34,585 nucleotides of DNA from an uncultured Marinobacter sp. (GTDB lineage: Bacteria > Pseudomonadota > Gammaproteobacteria > Pseudomonadales > Oleiphilaceae), in assembly GCA_964521055.1 (NCBI GenBank), contig CAZFPG010000001.1, positions 1 through 34,585 on the forward strand, read 5' to 3'. Made by a program: the position numbers and the translations under genes. A model generated the notes under the pieces. That model saw only the letters and a program-made list of their open reading frames with translations, did not search any database and had not been told where the DNA came from. This document shows, in pieces, positions 32,700-34,585 of the stretch (its first letter is position 1; each line of letters opens with the position of its first letter).

Positions 32700-34585
32700 G
32701 TGCAGTTTCACCATCATGGCTATGTATCCGGCGACCCGCGTATCGAAAATGCAGCCGGTAGCGGCATCGACCGCCCAGAAGCCCTACCGGAGTGCGTGGA
32801 CGTCCTGATAGTCGGCGGCGGCCCCGCCGGGATGATCGCCGCCGCCCAGTTGGCGAAGTTCAGCAACATCACTACGCGTATTGTCGATCGCCGCCCCGGG
32901 CGTTTGGAAATCGGCCAGGCCGACGGTATCCAGGCGCGCAGCGTCGAGACATTCCAGGCTTTCGGTTTTGCAGACCGAATCACTGCGGAAGCCTACCGCA
33001 TCAGCGAAATGGCCTTTTGGGCGCCAGACACCAAAAACCCGGAAAATATCACCCGTTCCAAGGTGGCGCTTGACGATCCGAATGGTGCGATCAGCGAATT
33101 CCCCCACCTGATCGTCAATCAGGCCCGTGTGCTGGACTATTTCGCCGAGTTTGCAAAAAATGCCCCCGCCCGCATTCAGCCGGACTATGGCCTGGAGTTT
33201 CTGGGCCTGGAAATGCATGACGATGAGGAATATCCGGTCGCCGTATCCTTGCGCCACGTTTCAGGCGGCCAGGAAGGCCAGCACCGCACGGTCAGGGCCA
33301 AGTATGTCCTTGGCTGCGATGGGGCTCACAGTGGGGTGCGCGAAGCCATTGGGCGCAAGCACGTAGGTAAGGCCGCCAAACATGCCTGGGGCGTTATGGA
33401 CGTACTCGCGACCACGGACTTCCCGGACATCCGCACCAAGTGTGCCATCCAGTCCGCCAGCGGCGGCAGCATTCTGCTCATTCCCCGGGAAGGCGGCCAT
33501 CTCTTCCGTATGTACGTCGATCTGGGTGAGGTTCCTGACGACGACAATCGCCAGATTCGCCAGACCACCCTGGAAACGACCGCCGCCAAAGCCAATCAGA
33601 TTTTGCACCCCTATACGCTGGAGGTGAAGGACTGTGCCTGGTACACCGTCTACGAAGTGGGCCACCGTATTACCGACAAATTCGACGATATACCTCCCGA
33701 GGAAGCCGGAACCCGGACACCCAGGGTCTTTATCGCGGGCGACGCTTGCCACACCCACAGTGCGAAGGCCGGTCAGGGCATGAACGTATCCATGCAGGAC
33801 GGCTGGAACATCGCCTGGAAGCTGGGCCATGTACTCTCAGGCGTCGCCCCGGAATCCCTATTGGAAACCTATTCCCTGGAACGGCACGAGGTCGCCCAAA
33901 ACCTGATCGACTTTGATCGCGAGTGGTCGTCCCTGATGGCCAAGCCGGCCGAGGAATTCGAAAACCCCGAGGAACTGGCGGATTTCTACGTCAAAACCGC
34001 CGAGTTCCCTGCCGGTTTCATGACCGAATATCCCAAGTCGATGATCACCGGCGGCACGGAGCACCAGGCGCTGGCAACCGGTTTTCCTATCGGCAAGCGC
34101 TTTAAATCGGCTCCGGTCATGCGAGTCTGCGACGGCAACCCTGTGCACCTGGGGCATCACGCGACCGCCGATGGACGCTGGCGTATCTATGCTTTCGCCG
34201 ACAACGCCCTCCCCGGTGAAAGTTCCCGTCTCGCCAGCTGGGCTGAATGGATGCTGAAGTCACCGGACTCTCCGGTGGTGAAATATACGCCCGAGGGAAC
34301 CGACCTCGATAGCCTCTTTGACATCAAGGTGATCTTCCAGCAACCCCATGGGGAGATTAATTTCGGCCCAGATATCCCTGGCATTTTCAAACCGAAAGTC
34401 GGTCCGTTCCACCTAACCGACTACGAAAAGGTCTATGCCATCAACCCTGAGGTGGACATCTTCGAGGCTCGGAGCATCGACCAGAACGGTGCCGTTGTTG
34501 TGGTGCGACCCGACCAATATGTATCACATGTGCTTCCACTGGGAGCGGTCGAGGAACTGGCATCGTTCTTTGACGGTGCCCTGAA
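32700..34585 (+). CDS. Single-component FAD-dependent aromatic hydroxylase (phenol 2-monooxygenase / 3-hydroxybenzoate 4-monooxygenase family), stop codon beyond the window
   Basis: Absent from the ORF track because there is no stop in the window. GTG start after an AGGAGA RBS. Reads MQFHHHGYVSGDPR, DVLIVGGGPAG, GQADGIQARSVE, GCDGAHSGVR, FIAGDACHTHSAKAGQGMNVSMQD, and C-terminal VVVRPDQYV. 628 codons are visible and the end is in frame with the start. Confidence 0.92.
   Translation, partial: MQFHHHGYVSGDPRIENAAGSGIDRPEALPECVDVLIVGGGPAGMIAAAQLAKFSNITTRIVDRRPGRLEIGQADGIQARSVETFQAFGFADRITAEAYRISEMAFWAPDTKNPENITRSKVALDDPNGAISEFPHLIVNQARVLDYFAEFAKNAPARIQPDYGLEFLGLEMHDDEEYPVAVSLRHVSGGQEGQHRTVRAKYVLGCDGAHSGVREAIGRKHVGKAAKHAWGVMDVLATTDFPDIRTKCAIQSASGGSILLIPREGGHLFRMYVDLGEVPDDDNRQIRQTTLETTAAKANQILHPYTLEVKDCAWYTVYEVGHRITDKFDDIPPEEAGTRTPRVFIAGDACHTHSAKAGQGMNVSMQDGWNIAWKLGHVLSGVAPESLLETYSLERHEVAQNLIDFDREWSSLMAKPAEEFENPEELADFYVKTAEFPAGFMTEYPKSMITGGTEHQALATGFPIGKRFKSAPVMRVCDGNPVHLGHHATADGRWRIYAFADNALPGESSRLASWAEWMLKSPDSPVVKYTPEGTDLDSLFDIKVIFQQPHGEINFGPDIPGIFKPKVGPFHLTDYEKVYAINPEVDIFEARSIDQNGAVVVVRPDQYVSHVLPLGAVEELASFFDGAL

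Noticed and set aside
32720-34390. Many short ORFs listed in the last 1.9 kb
   Set aside because: All overlap the single monooxygenase frame starting at GTG 32700, which explains the region.
1-34585. Mobile element, genomic-island boundary, CRISPR array or RNA genes
   Set aside because: I saw no integrase or transposase, tRNA, att-like repeat, regularly spaced repeats or obvious compositional break by eye.

Overview
A GC-rich (roughly 60% by eye), gene-dense aromatic-catabolism region of a Gram-negative bacterium. A Marinobacter/Halomonas-like gammaproteobacterium is my inference from gene content and codon style. I found no RNA genes, CRISPR arrays or mobile elements. Left to right: (1) the 3' end of an alpha/beta-hydrolase; (2) a hydroxycinnamate module (MarR regulator, ech, fcs, an internally deleted CouO-like amidohydrolase relic, a sensor-less chemoreceptor); (3) AraC regulator, outer-membrane channel, MFS and amidase; (4) LuxR regulator, class III PLP enzyme with phospho-lyase motifs, APH-family kinase and MFS; (5) a complete homoprotocatechuate meta-cleavage operon (hpaG1-G2-E-D-F-H-I-gabD) with hpaR and hpaA but no hpaBC or hpaX; (6) a TRAP transporter behind an HpaR-type operator; (7) a FeaR regulon (feaB-like aldehyde dehydrogenase, APC permease, outer-membrane channel) with no amine oxidase in view; (8) a single-component FAD monooxygenase (PheA/MobA family) that runs off the right edge and is missing from the ORF track. 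The most interesting hypothesis is untested: a kinase/phospho-lyase pair deaminates beta-hydroxy arylamines (octopamine/noradrenaline type) to arylacetaldehydes, and the whole region may dismantle hydroxycinnamoyl-arylamine amides such as feruloyl-octopamine or feruloyl-tyramine. All homology calls come from motif recognition, not database searches.
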